A DNA stretch of 64,000 nt, from the NCBI GenBank assembly GCA_963823655.1, contig CAWGMK010000006.1, forward strand, positions 224,001 through 288,000, written 5' to 3'. Source of the stretch: an uncultured Bacillota bacterium. GTDB lineage: Bacteria > Bacillota > DTU025 > MWDF01. Below the pieces are notes generated by a model, which worked only from the letters and a program-made list of their open reading frames with translations, made no database searches and had not been told where the DNA came from. Every line of letters begins with the position of its first letter. The stretch's first letter is position 1. The position numbers and the translations under genes are program-made. Below are positions 54,620 through 64,000 of this stretch, piece by piece.

Positions 54620-54838
54620 ATGAGCAAGGATGATTACATCGAGGCCGAAGGTACGGTAATGGAACCGCTGCCTAACGCCATGTTTAGGGTACAGCTGAGC
54701 AATGGGCATATGGTCCTTGCGCACGTATCCGGCAAGATGCGAATGAGGTTCATAAAGATCCTCGCCGGGGACAAGGTTAAGCTGGAATTATCGCAGTATG
54801 ACCTTGAAAGAGGCAGGATCGTGTGGAGATACAAGTAG
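54620..54838 (+). CDS. infA: Translation initiation factor IF-1
   Basis: MSKDD.IE.EG..LPNAMF, SGKMR. Confidence 0.97.
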   Translation: MSKDDYIEAEGTVMEPLPNAMFRVQLSNGHMVLAHVSGKMRMRFIKILAGDKVKLELSQYDLERGRIVWRYK

Positions 54839-54875
54839 GCCCAGGCAAGGGCCAAGTCTGACAGGAGGGCTAGTT

Positions 54876-54989
54876 ATGAAAGTTAAGCCTTCGGTGAAAA
54901 AGATCTGCGACAAGTGCAAGATCATCCGCAGGGACGGGGTCGTCCATGTAATATGCGAGAACCCCAAGCACAAGCAGAGACAGGGTTAG
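54876..54989 (+). CDS. rpmJ: 50S ribosomal protein L36
   Basis: [14 protein letters not shown]...HKQRQG. Confidence 0.97.
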   Translation: MKVKPSVKKICDKCKIIRRDGVVHVICENPKHKQRQG

Positions 54990-55034
54990 TCTTAAAGATT
55001 ATTATGCTAAAATGCAACGGAGGTGTTCCGGAGA

Positions 55035-55409
55035 ATGGCGCGTATCGCGGGCGTTGACCTCCCCAGGGACAAAAGAGTTGAAGTAGCCCTTTGCTATTTG
55101 TATGGCATCGGCCTCAGCACTTCCCAGGAGATATTGGCCAAAGTTGGCGTAAGTCCTGACACAAGGGTCAAGGATTTGACAGAGGACGAAGTAACCAAGC
55201 TTCGTGAGACAATAGACAAGGGCTATCCCGTAGAGGGCGACCTCAGGAGGGAAGAGGCCCAGAATATCAAGAGGCTGATCGAAATAGGCAGCTATCGCGG
55301 GCTCAGGCACCGCAGGGGCCTGCCCACAAGAGGTCAGCGCACTAAGACTAATGCACGCACCCGCAAAGGTCCCAAGAAGACCGTCGGCGGACGCGGCAAG
55401 AAGGCCTAA
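55035..55409 (+). CDS. rpsM: 30S ribosomal protein S13
   Basis: [24 protein letters not shown]. Confidence 0.98.
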   Translation: MARIAGVDLPRDKRVEVALCYLYGIGLSTSQEILAKVGVSPDTRVKDLTEDEVTKLRETIDKGYPVEGDLRREEAQNIKRLIEIGSYRGLRHRRGLPTRGQRTKTNARTRKGPKKTVGGRGKKA

Positions 55410-55422
55410 GGAGGGTTAAGGG

Positions 55423-55815
55423 ATGGCAGCCAAGAAGCAGGCAAGAACTAGGAAACACGAGCGTAAAAACGTCGAAGCGGGCGTCGCTCATATTAAGTCG
55501 ACGTTCAACAACACGCTCGTAACCATCACCGACCCGGTAGGAAACCTGATCTCATGGTCCTCATCGGGAGCCCAGGGATTCAGAGGCTCCAGGAAGGGCA
55601 CTCCGTACGCGGCTCAGCAGGCTGCAGAGGTTGCGGCCAAGGCGGCAATGGAGCATGGAATGAAGAGCGTCGAGGTCCTGGTCAAGGGCCCCGGAGGCGG
55701 CAGGGAAGCGGCAGTCAGGTCGCTTCAGTCCACCGGACTCGAAGTGAGCATGATCAAAGACGTAACGCCCATACCGCACAACGGGTGCAGGCCGCCCAAG
55801 CGCAGACGCGTTTAA
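55423..55815 (+). CDS. rpsK: 30S ribosomal protein S11
   Basis: [24 protein letters not shown]. Confidence 0.98.
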   Translation: MAAKKQARTRKHERKNVEAGVAHIKSTFNNTLVTITDPVGNLISWSSSGAQGFRGSRKGTPYAAQQAAEVAAKAAMEHGMKSVEVLVKGPGGGREAAVRSLQSTGLEVSMIKDVTPIPHNGCRPPKRRRV

Positions 55816-55837
55816 AAGGTAAGATGGAGGTGCCGAA

Positions 55838-56467
55838 ATGGCAAGGATGACCGATTCAGTATGCAGTCAGTGCCGCCGCGAGAGGGTAAAGCTCTACCTC
55901 AAGGGCGACCGCTGCTATTCATCTAAGTGCGCCCTCACAAGAAGGAGCAAGAGATATGCTCCCGGCGTGCACGGCGACAGGCAGAAGAAACTCTCCGAAT
56001 ATGGCGTACAGCTTCGTGAGAAGCAGAAGCTGCGCAGGATCTACGGAGTCTTGGAGACGCAGTTCTCCAATACGTTCGTCAAAGCAGAGCGCGCAAAGGG
56101 CATCACAGGCGAGAATCTGTTGGCCCTCATGGAGCGCAGGCTTGACAATGTCGTGTACAGGTTGGGCTTCGCAAAGTCCAGGCCGCAGGCAAGGCAGATA
56201 GTGGCCCATGGCCATATCACCGTCAACGGCGGCAAGGTGGACATCCCATCCTATACCGTAAGCGTTAACGACATTGTATCAGTGAAGCCCAATTCCAAGG
56301 ACGCCAAGTTCTTCAAGGAAGGTCTGGGCCTATCCAGCAAGGCTATGCCTCAGTGGCTTACAGTCGATCTGGACAACCTGACCGGATCCGTGATCGCTTT
56401 GCCGACGAGGGAAATGATAGACACCGACGTGAAAGAGCACCTAATCGTCGAGTTCTACTCCAGATAA
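55838..56467 (+). CDS. rpsD: 30S ribosomal protein S4 (Cys/Zn form)
   Basis: [29 protein letters not shown]. Confidence 0.97.
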   Translation: MARMTDSVCSQCRRERVKLYLKGDRCYSSKCALTRRSKRYAPGVHGDRQKKLSEYGVQLREKQKLRRIYGVLETQFSNTFVKAERAKGITGENLLALMERRLDNVVYRLGFAKSRPQARQIVAHGHITVNGGKVDIPSYTVSVNDIVSVKPNSKDAKFFKEGLGLSSKAMPQWLTVDLDNLTGSVIALPTREMIDTDVKEHLIVEFYSR

Positions 56468-56534
56468 TGGCGAAAGACGCGATGCTTCGCTCACAAATCG
56501 CCGCTAAGCTGTACGAATGGAGGGTGCTTGTCTG

Positions 56535-57503
56535 ATGTTGGATACGATTAAGCCCAAAATCGAATGGGTGGAAGAGAAAGAGGAATATGGCAAGCTGGTG
56601 GCCGAGCCGCTTGAACGCGGCTATGGCGTAACTCTTGGCAATTCCCTGAGAAGGATACTCCTGTCCTCGCTGCCTGGTGCCGCGATAACCTCAGTAAGGA
56701 TAGAAGGGGTGCTTCATGAGTTCTCGACCATGCCTTATGTCAGGGAGGATGTCACCGACATCGTCCTGAACCTTAAGGACCTTTTAATAAGGATGAATGT
56801 CGAAGGGCCCAAGACGCTTAGGCTCATCGTCGAGAACAGGGGCGATTCGGAAATCGAAGTAACGGCTGGCCATATAGAGGGCACCGTTGACGTCGACATT
56901 CTGAACCCCGAACTGAAGATATGCACCCTTGAGCCCGCCAAGGACGGCAATATCCCCAGCATAGTCGCCGAGATAACGGTCGACGAAGGCAGGGGATACA
57001 TCCAGGCGGACAAGAATAAGAAGGCTGACCATTCCATAGGAGTGATACCGGTGGACTCCATCTTCACCCCTGTTCAGAAGGTCAACTATGCAGTGGAGAA
57101 CTCCCGCGTAGGGGATATTACGGACTACGATAAGCTCATACTTGAGATCTGGACTCACGGCAAGGCGTCGCCCAAAGAAGCTTTGAACCTTGCCGCAGCC
57201 ATATTAAGAGAGCAGCTCAAGCTCTTCATCGCCAAAGAGGGCGAAGTGGAGGACCCGGCCAGCACATTAGACGGCAAGGACGAGGAGCATCTTAAGGTGC
57301 TCGAGACCCCCATCGATGAGCTGGAGCTTTCCGTCAGGGCATATAACTGCCTCAAGAGGGCCAATATCTCCAGCCTCGGCGAGCTGACGCGCAAGTCCGA
57401 GGAAGACCTCATGAAGGTTAGGAACTGCGGAAGGAAGACCCTGGACGAACTCAAGAAGAAGCTTGATGAGAAGGGTCTTCAGCTGAAGCTGCAAGCAGAG
57501 TAA
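56535..57503 (+). CDS. rpoA: RNA polymerase alpha subunit
   Basis: EPLERGYG.TLGNSLRRILLSS, LSVRAYNCLKR. Confidence 0.98.
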   Translation: MLDTIKPKIEWVEEKEEYGKLVAEPLERGYGVTLGNSLRRILLSSLPGAAITSVRIEGVLHEFSTMPYVREDVTDIVLNLKDLLIRMNVEGPKTLRLIVENRGDSEIEVTAGHIEGTVDVDILNPELKICTLEPAKDGNIPSIVAEITVDEGRGYIQADKNKKADHSIGVIPVDSIFTPVQKVNYAVENSRVGDITDYDKLILEIWTHGKASPKEALNLAAAILREQLKLFIAKEGEVEDPASTLDGKDEEHLKVLETPIDELELSVRAYNCLKRANISSLGELTRKSEEDLMKVRNCGRKTLDELKKKLDEKGLQLKLQAE

Positions 57504-57520
57504 GTAAGGAGGAGACTTAA

Positions 57521-58057
57521 TTGAGGCAAGGCAAACTTGGGCGCGACGTAGGCGCGCGCCGCGCTCTGTTAAGGAGCCTGGTAACGAACCTTTTCCTATA
57601 TAACCGCATAGAGACAACCGAAGCGAAGGCGAAGGCCATGAGGCCGGTTGCAGAGAGGCTCATCACTAAGGCGAAGAAGGGCGATCTGCACAACACGAGA
57701 CTGGCCGCAGCTTATCTGACCAGCCCCGAGGCAGTCAAGAAGCTGTTCGGCGAGATCGGGCCGAAGTTCGCTGAGAGGCACGGCGGATATACAAGGATAA
57801 TGAAGACCGATGTGCGCAGAGGAGACGCCGCCCAGATGGCCATAATCGAGATGCTGGGCTTTGAGCCTCTTGCTGCAGTCAAGGATGAGAAGAAGGCCAA
57901 GAAGGCTGAGGCCCCAAAGAAGGCCGAAGCGAAGAAGACAGCAGTAAAAAGGCAGCCCGCGGCTATGAAGCCCGAAGCGCCGAAGAAGACGGCCATCAAG
58001 AAAGCCGGCACGAAAGTGCCAGCAGCCAAGAAGGCCCCTGTCTCCGGAGAGAAATAG
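57521..58057 (+). CDS. rplQ: 50S ribosomal protein L17 with long basic C-terminal extension
   Basis: [21 protein letters not shown], then about 60 aa rich in K/A/P. Confidence 0.96.
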   Translation: MRQGKLGRDVGARRALLRSLVTNLFLYNRIETTEAKAKAMRPVAERLITKAKKGDLHNTRLAAAYLTSPEAVKKLFGEIGPKFAERHGGYTRIMKTDVRRGDAAQMAIIEMLGFEPLAAVKDEKKAKKAEAPKKAEAKKTAVKRQPAAMKPEAPKKTAIKKAGTKVPAAKKAPVSGEK

Positions 58058-58112
58058 GCCTTTGCCGGGATCATGGTCCTTGGCAGCACGGGGGTAAATA
58101 TGAAAGAGGTGG

Positions 58113-58146
58113 AAGTGCGCTTGGATTCGTTTAAGCGCACTTTTTA
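58113..58146 (+). terminator. Terminator after rplQ
   Basis: aagtgcgctt/aagcgcactt stem followed by TTT. Confidence 0.75.
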
Positions 58147-58164
58147 CACATGGAGAGCGATTTT

Positions 58165-59010
58165 GTGGAACCAGTAATTCGTATTGAGGATCTGAAGTTC
58201 ACATATGATGAGGGGAGCCCCGACGAAGTCGAGGCCCTTTCAGGCGTGGACATGGACATATATCCCGGCCAGTTCGTCGCGGTGATAGGCCGCAACGGTT
58301 CGGGCAAATCCACCCTTGCCAAGGCCATGAACGCCGTTATCATCCCCGATGAGGGAAAGGTGACGGTACATGGCATGGACACAAAGGATGAGGCAAAGCT
58401 CTGGGAGATAAGGCGCCTTGTCGGAATGGTCTTCCAGAACCCTGATAACCAGCTTGTGGCGACTACCGTTGAGGAGGATGTTGCTTTCGGCCCTGAGAAC
58501 CTCGGGGTGCCGAGCAATGAGATCATGTCCAGGGTAGATGGGGCCCTCCGCCTTACGGGAATGGAAGGCTACCGCGAATTTCCGCCTCATATGCTCTCCG
58601 GAGGACAGAAGCAGAGAGTGGCCATCGCCGGCGTAATCGCGATGCGCCCCAAGTGCATAGTCCTTGACGAGTCCACAGCGATGCTTGACCCCGTTGGGCG
58701 CAAAGAGGTCCTCGAGGCCGCAGAACGGCTGGCAAAGGAGGGCATAGCAATTGTCCTCATCACACACTTCATGGATGAGGCAATGCTTGCCGACGCCGTC
58801 TATATTATGGACAAGGGCAGGATAGTCGCAAAAGGCACTGCCGCCGAAATCTTCTACGGGGACGCGGACTTGAAGGGATACGGGCTGGATATGCCGCAGG
58901 TAGTTGAGCTTGCGAAAATGCTCAAGGAAGGCGGCCTGGATACCGGAGAACAGGTTGTGGAGCTGGATGAGATGGCGGACAGCATTGCAGGCCTTCTGAA
59001 GGCATCGTAG
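58165..59010 (+). CDS. ecfA1: ECF transporter ATPase A1
   Basis: GRNGSGKST, FQNPDNQ, LSGGQKQR, LDES. Confidence 0.94.
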   Translation: MEPVIRIEDLKFTYDEGSPDEVEALSGVDMDIYPGQFVAVIGRNGSGKSTLAKAMNAVIIPDEGKVTVHGMDTKDEAKLWEIRRLVGMVFQNPDNQLVATTVEEDVAFGPENLGVPSNEIMSRVDGALRLTGMEGYREFPPHMLSGGQKQRVAIAGVIAMRPKCIVLDESTAMLDPVGRKEVLEAAERLAKEGIAIVLITHFMDEAMLADAVYIMDKGRIVAKGTAAEIFYGDADLKGYGLDMPQVVELAKMLKEGGLDTGEQVVELDEMADSIAGLLKAS

Positions 59011-59034
59011 GGCGATTAAGGCGGTGGCCCCGGT

Positions 59035-59919
59035 ATGATAATCGAAATCAGGGACATCAGCTTTACATACAACGCCGGAAGCCCGCTGGCCCGCAAGGTA
59101 TTGGACGGGGCCTCACTTGCCATAAACAAGGGCGAATTCGTGGGGATAATCGGAAGGACAGGATCCGGGAAATCCACTCTTGTGCAGCACCTGAACGGAC
59201 TTTTGAAACCCGACTCGGGTACTGTAATCGTTGACGGCCAGGATATTTGGGCGAAAGGCACCAAGATAACCGAAGTCAGGAAGAAGGTAGGCCTGGTATT
59301 CCAATACCCGGAGCATCAGCTATTCGATGAGACCGTCATAGGGGATATCTCATTTGGCCCCAGGAACATGGGCTTCTCCGAGGAAGAGGTTCTGCTTAGG
59401 GTCAAAGAGGCGATGGACATCGTCGATCTTGACTTTGAGCTGTACAAGGACCGGTCACCGTTCGAGCTGTCGGGCGGCCAGAAGAGGCGCGCCGCGATTG
59501 CAGGCGTGCTCGCCATGCGGCCTGAGGCGATAATCCTTGACGAACCTGCGGCCGGCATGGACCCGGCGGGCAGGGATGAGATTTTGGGCGAGATCGACAA
59601 GATGCATCAAAGGGGAGGCTTCACCGTCATTCTTGTTTCGCATAGCATGGAGGATGTCGCAAAGCACGCCGACCGGCTCATTGTTATGGATAGGGGCAGG
59701 GTCGTGCTTTCGGGGGATCCAAGGCAGGTGTTCTCTGAGGAAGAGAGCCTGCTGGCAATGGGACTTGGAGTGCCGCAGACGGTGCGCCTGTACAATATGC
59801 TGGCGAAAAGGGGCATAGTTCTGCCCAGTAAATTGCCGCTTACGGTAGAGGAGCTTTCAAGGATGCTGCTCGAATACGGCGAGGGGAAGGTTAGTTCCGG
59901 GGAGGAGGTACGGCCGTGA
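59035..59919 (+). CDS. ecfA2: ECF transporter ATPase A2
   Basis: GRTGSGKST, FQYPEHQLF, SPFELSGGQKRR. Confidence 0.94.
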   Translation: MIIEIRDISFTYNAGSPLARKVLDGASLAINKGEFVGIIGRTGSGKSTLVQHLNGLLKPDSGTVIVDGQDIWAKGTKITEVRKKVGLVFQYPEHQLFDETVIGDISFGPRNMGFSEEEVLLRVKEAMDIVDLDFELYKDRSPFELSGGQKRRAAIAGVLAMRPEAIILDEPAAGMDPAGRDEILGEIDKMHQRGGFTVILVSHSMEDVAKHADRLIVMDRGRVVLSGDPRQVFSEEESLLAMGLGVPQTVRLYNMLAKRGIVLPSKLPLTVEELSRMLLEYGEGKVSSGEEVRP

Positions 59920-60707
59920 AGATTGCAAGCCTTGCTATAGGCCAGTACATACCCGGCAGATCCCTTCTGCACAGGATGGATCCCAGGAGCAAGATCATCA
60001 TGATGACCGTGATGGTAGCATGCCTGTTCATGATCAAGTCAGCATGGGGCTACGCTGCTATCGCAATGATCCTGATGGCGGGCATCATCAGCTCAAAAGT
60101 AGGGCTAAGGTTCATAATGCGGTCCATGCGCTCGCTGTTGGTAATAATGATATTCACATTCATCCTCCATGTTTTCATGACTGACGGAACGAGCATATTC
60201 AAGCTCGGCCCGCTCAATGCGACTTACGAAGGCGCAAGCCAAGGCGCGTTGATGGTTTCAAGGCTCATCCTTCTCGTAGTTGCGACATCCCTGGTGACTT
60301 TGACCACATCCCCGCTGACTTTAACAGACGGCCTTGAAAAGCTCATGAAGCCGCTGTCCGTTGTGGGTTTTCCGGCTCATGAGCTGGCAATGATGATGAC
60401 AATAGCATTGAGGTTTATTCCGACACTTGTAGAAGAGACCGAGAAGATAATGAAAGCGCAGATGGCAAGGGGTGCTGATTTCAACAGCGGCAACCTCGTG
60501 AAGCGGGCGAAAGCCATGCTTCCTGTGCTTATTCCGCTTTTCGTATCGGCGTTTCGGAGGGCAGATGACCTGGCCCTGGCCATGGAGGCAAGATGCTACA
60601 GAGGCGGCCGCGGCAGGACGAGGCTGAGAAGCCTTGCGTTTAGCGCTTACGACCTGATTACTTTCCCGATCATCACTGCATCAGCGCTTCTGGCTGCATT
60701 CCTATGA
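59916..60707 (+). CDS. ecfT: ECF transporter transmembrane component T
   Basis: DPRSK, IALRFIP, AQMARG and AMEARCY motifs. Confidence 0.95.
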   Translation: MKIASLAIGQYIPGRSLLHRMDPRSKIIMMTVMVACLFMIKSAWGYAAIAMILMAGIISSKVGLRFIMRSMRSLLVIMIFTFILHVFMTDGTSIFKLGPLNATYEGASQGALMVSRLILLVVATSLVTLTTSPLTLTDGLEKLMKPLSVVGFPAHELAMMMTIALRFIPTLVEETEKIMKAQMARGADFNSGNLVKRAKAMLPVLIPLFVSAFRRADDLALAMEARCYRGGRGRTRLRSLAFSAYDLITFPIITASALLAAFL

Positions 60708-61479
60708 TGACCTTTGCCGTTAAAGTTCAATATGACGGATCCCGCTACTCCGGCTTTCAACGCCAGATCAAGGGCGCTACCATCCAGGGGGAGCTTGAGA
60801 GGGCGATATCCGAGCTGACAGGCGTTCATTCGGCAGTGACCGGCTCAGGAAGGACAGATGCCGGAGTACATGCGATAGGGCAGGTCATAAGCTTCAAATC
60901 CGAATCGAGCATCCCCGCCGACAGGTGGGCGCTTGCTATGAATACAAAGCTGCCGCAGGACATAAAAGCGATATCGTCATGCCTTGTAGACGACAATTTC
61001 AATGCGAGATTCGACGCGACATCCAAGACATATAGATACCTTATACTGCCATCAAGCTCAAGCAATCCCCTTATGGGGAAATACGCTTGGGTAATCGGAG
61101 GATAACCCTGACATAGAGGCGATGAGGGAAGCTGCCAAGGAACTAGCCGGTGAACATGACTTCAGCGCTTTTAGATCCGCCGGTTCGGTGAGACAGTGAC
61201 CCGGTAAGGAACATTTCGGGGTTTTCTATAGAGGAAGGCTTCATCGAGCATCTGGGGGAACGGTCGATAATCGCTACGGTAAGCGCCAACGGGTTTCTGT
61301 ACAAGATGGTAAGGAATATGGTAGGCGCGCTAATGGAGATAGGATTGGGGAGGGCCCCTCTGCAAGGTTACATGAAACCTTCAGGGGAAAGGACAGGACA
61401 GCTTGCCCCGCCTCCGGCGCCGGGTTCCGGCCTGTATCTCATGAAAGTGGAGTACGCCTGCAAGCTGTTTGAGCAATAA
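60704..61479 (+). CDS. truA: tRNA pseudouridine(38-40) synthase (frameshifts near 61100 and 61195)
   Basis: YDGSRYSGFQRQ, GRTDAGVHA; downstream frames give GEHDFSAF, NGFLYKMVRNMVG, APGSGLYL. Confidence 0.92.
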
Positions 61480-61533
61480 TCGCTAAAAGCCGGCAAGACA
61501 TGCTCTTGGATATCAGACTTATGGTGCGCAACA

Positions 61534-61574
61534 TAAAAGGAAATGGCCCGGTTTTCGATGAACCGGGCCATTTC
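61534..61574 (-). terminator. Terminator between convergent truA and peptidase genes (possibly bidirectional)
   Basis: gaaatggcccggtt/aaccgggccatttc perfect stem; T run on the - strand. Confidence 0.8.
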
Positions 61575-61587
61575 TCATTGGTTCGCC

Positions 61588-63286
61588 TTACTTCGTCGGG
61601 GCTACATACTGGCTCCAGCCGCGGATGTCGCTCGTCCCGAAGTTATACTTGAATAACTTGTCGATCCATTCCGCAGGATAGCCCTTGCCGTTGACCTTTC
61701 CGTTCTCGGTAACGAAGCCCATATCATACTTCCATACTAGGTAGTCGAGCAGTCTGCCAGACTGCGTCGCGGAAAGTATCCACGGTGTCGCTGCAGAATT
61801 CGGTCAGAATAGCTACGGCAGCTGCCTTATCCTTGTTGTAAAGCTCGACTACTGCCTTCTCGAAGGCCGCCTGGTTCCTTACCAGTTCGCCTTCGTACTT
61901 GTCGCGGATCTTGCTGACGTCGGCATACATATAGGACCACTTGAGGTTCATATATGTGGAGAGTGAACCGACTGCCCAGCTGTAGGAATCCCTGGTGAAG
62001 TCGAAACGGTCGCCGCACTTCTCTATTGTATATCGAGGGGTTAAGCTCCGTTACGCCTACATACAGAGGCAGGAACCAGCCTGCATCTGCGCTGAGGGGA
62101 GTCATCCAGACGACGCCGCCGATCTCATTGGGAAGGTTGGCCCTTGTCTGCACTATGGTTACATACTCAGCACGATGTACGTTGATCGTTCTCTGCGGGG
62201 TGTACGTAATTCCATCGGCCTTGAATGTCCCCCAGAAGCGGCGGGGGTTGTTCCAGGGTCCGGCACCCAGCCCCTGGGTCATATCGAATTCCGTGCCTTC
62301 ATAATGGTCGCGCTGGATTTCCATGACCTTGGCCAACGTGACCTTCTCCTTAACCGGCGCCTGGAAGGGCAGGTTGGTGGGATCCAGCGTTGCCACCAGG
62401 TCAGGGTTGAGCAGCGTCATTATGCGCCATATGCGGCGGGCTGAGTAGTCGACCCTGAAGTTGTTCATGAAGTGCTTTCTCCAGCTGAAGGGCTCTCCGC
62501 TGTCGGCCTTGTACCAGCCCTGGAGGACTGCGTAATCCTTGATGCCGGGGGCGAACATGAACTCGTCAGCAGTTATTGAAATCTACTACGTCTGATTACC
62601 GGAGTGGTTGGTTGAGGCAGCCACATAGCCGTCTTTTACCCTCTGGGCGATCCAGAAGGCTCCGGGCTCGGCGTCTCCTACCTGCCAGAGAGGGCCTGGG
62701 CCGATTATCTCGAATACCCAGGCTTCCTTGCCGTCAACTACCGAAAGCTCCTCGCCGCCGTCGCTGTAGCCGTACTTCTCCGCCATTGAGCCCATGACCT
62801 TGATGGCCTCGCGGGCGGTTTTGCCGCGCTCCATAGCGAACATGGACAGGTTGGTGATGTCAAAATAGCCGTTCTGGTTGGCAAGCTCGCGGCGGCCGCC
62901 GATAGTGGTCTCTCCGATGCCGACCTGCCACTCATTGAGGTAGCCGAAGATCGCCGTCTTGATATAGGAATATGTCTGCTCGGCCTGGGGTATCAAGTTG
63001 CCGGTAGGCTTCAATGCGACTTCATGCGACTGGTGTCCGTTAGTGCCCTGCGGAATATAAAGCACGTCCATCATGGTACCGGGGGCGTATTTCGCAGCCG
63101 GGACCTTGTAGAACTCCCACGGGAGAAGCGCCCGAGTCGGCAGTGTGGGTAGCAATCGCAGAACCATCCGCGGTCGAACCCGGGGGCAGGGCTATTGAAG
63201 TGCATGCCATAGCACCGACGGCCGTCATAGTCATTACGAATACGACGGTTAGCGCTACAAGCATCGCTCTTGTATCTACTATTCAT
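61588..63286 (-). CDS. Secreted C69-family dipeptidase (Ntn hydrolase), multiple apparent frameshifts
   Basis: AGGAGG RBS; signal peptide ending AMA/CTS; TADGS...HT.D, LNEWQVGIGETT, AMERGKTAREAI..MG...EKYGY..GE, AWVFEI, W.AQRV, RDHYEGT. Confidence 0.85.
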
Positions 63287-63332
63287 TGCAAATGCCTCCT
63301 TGTGCTTACTTTTGAGCTTAAACCGTCGTCTA

Positions 63333-64000
63333 TCAATAGAACTCGCCGGGGCTGCCGGGCTTGTCCGCGGGTCCGACTATGCGCACATACGCCTCGGGCA
63401 TCGCGGGCCTTACCCTCTTCATGGTGTCGGCTTCATATATCTGCATCATGTCGTATTTCCTGAGAAGCTCGTCGAAGAGGGCCCACCAGGCGTCACGCGC
63501 TTCTACTACGTTATCGCTGCAGTACTCGGTGAGGAATGCCCTTGCGGCTTTGGGATCCTTCTTGAAGAGCTCTACTGCCATTGCGTCTATTGCGCTCTGT
63601 TCGGCCATCCACTTGCCGGTAGTCTTGGCAATCTGCTTCTTCACGTCTACTGAAATATAGGACCACCAGTAGTCCGCGAAGGTGCTGACTGCGGATACCG
63701 CCCAGCGGAATGACTCGCGCGTGAATACCTGATGCGAACCCGCCTGTTCATAAAGCAGGGGAGAAGCCGTATCTACGCCCGCATATAGCGGTACATAGCA
63801 GGTAAGGTCGGGGTTTGTAGGTCCGTACCATACGACTCCGCCGACTTCGTCAGGAAGCCATCTGCGGCTTTGGGTTATGGTTACGTATTCGCACTGGACC
63901 TGCGAGATGCCGCGCTGCCAGCCGTAGCTCTTGTCGAGGTACTTGAATCCGTTGGGGCGATAGCGCCTGGGGTCGCTCCAAGGCCCTGCGGTCAGGCCCT
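63333..64000 (-). CDS. C69-family peptidase paralogue, C-terminal part (5' end outside window)
   Basis: GLTAGPWSDPRR..EYVTITQSR..LPDEVGGVVW..YVPLYAGV..FTRESFRWAV aligns by eye with the downstream gene. Confidence 0.82.
   Translation of the reverse strand, partial: GLTAGPWSDPRRYRPNGFKYLDKSYGWQRGISQVQCEYVTITQSRRWLPDEVGGVVWYGPTNPDLTCYVPLYAGVDTASPLLYEQAGSHQVFTRESFRWAVSAVSTFADYWWSYISVDVKKQIAKTTGKWMAEQSAIDAMAVELFKKDPKAARAFLTEYCSDNVVEARDAWWALFDELLRKYDMMQIYEADTMKRVRPAMPEAYVRIVGPADKPGSPGEFY

Overview
This is a housekeeping segment of a moderately GC-rich Bacillota (Firmicutes, clostridial-type) chromosome. The lineage call rests on a T-box thrS, rplU-prp-rpmA, ybxF before rpsL, rpsD inside the alpha operon and ecfAA'T-truA. 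Gene order on the + strand: end of rnf (E, A, B); maf-radC-mreBCD-mrdA-minC(like)-rodA; a radical SAM pair; Rne/Rng; rplU-prp-rpmA; UPF0182 and Ogg glycosylase; 6 tRNAs; thrS-infC-rpmI-rplT-trmH; 5 tRNAs plus a lone 5S rRNA; pyrR; rpmG-secE-nusG-rplKAJL-rpoBC; the str, S10, spc and alpha clusters; ecfA1A2T-truA. Two tandem C69-family peptidase genes follow on the - strand. Many genes outside roughly 21-53 kb carry small indels (including thrS and map), most likely long-read consensus errors. I found no mobile element, CRISPR array, prophage or defence island, and no multi-gene novel system that I can support. The best leads are: an orphan 5S rRNA; a MinC that has lost its MinD-binding motif and has no adjacent minD/minE; an RNase E/G with a TRAM domain and a long Arg-patched disordered tail; Lys/Ala-rich extensions on RpoB and L17; a Cys4 loop in EF-Tu; and structured leaders plus a palindrome upstream of rpmG and rpoB. 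All calls are by eye, with no database search.
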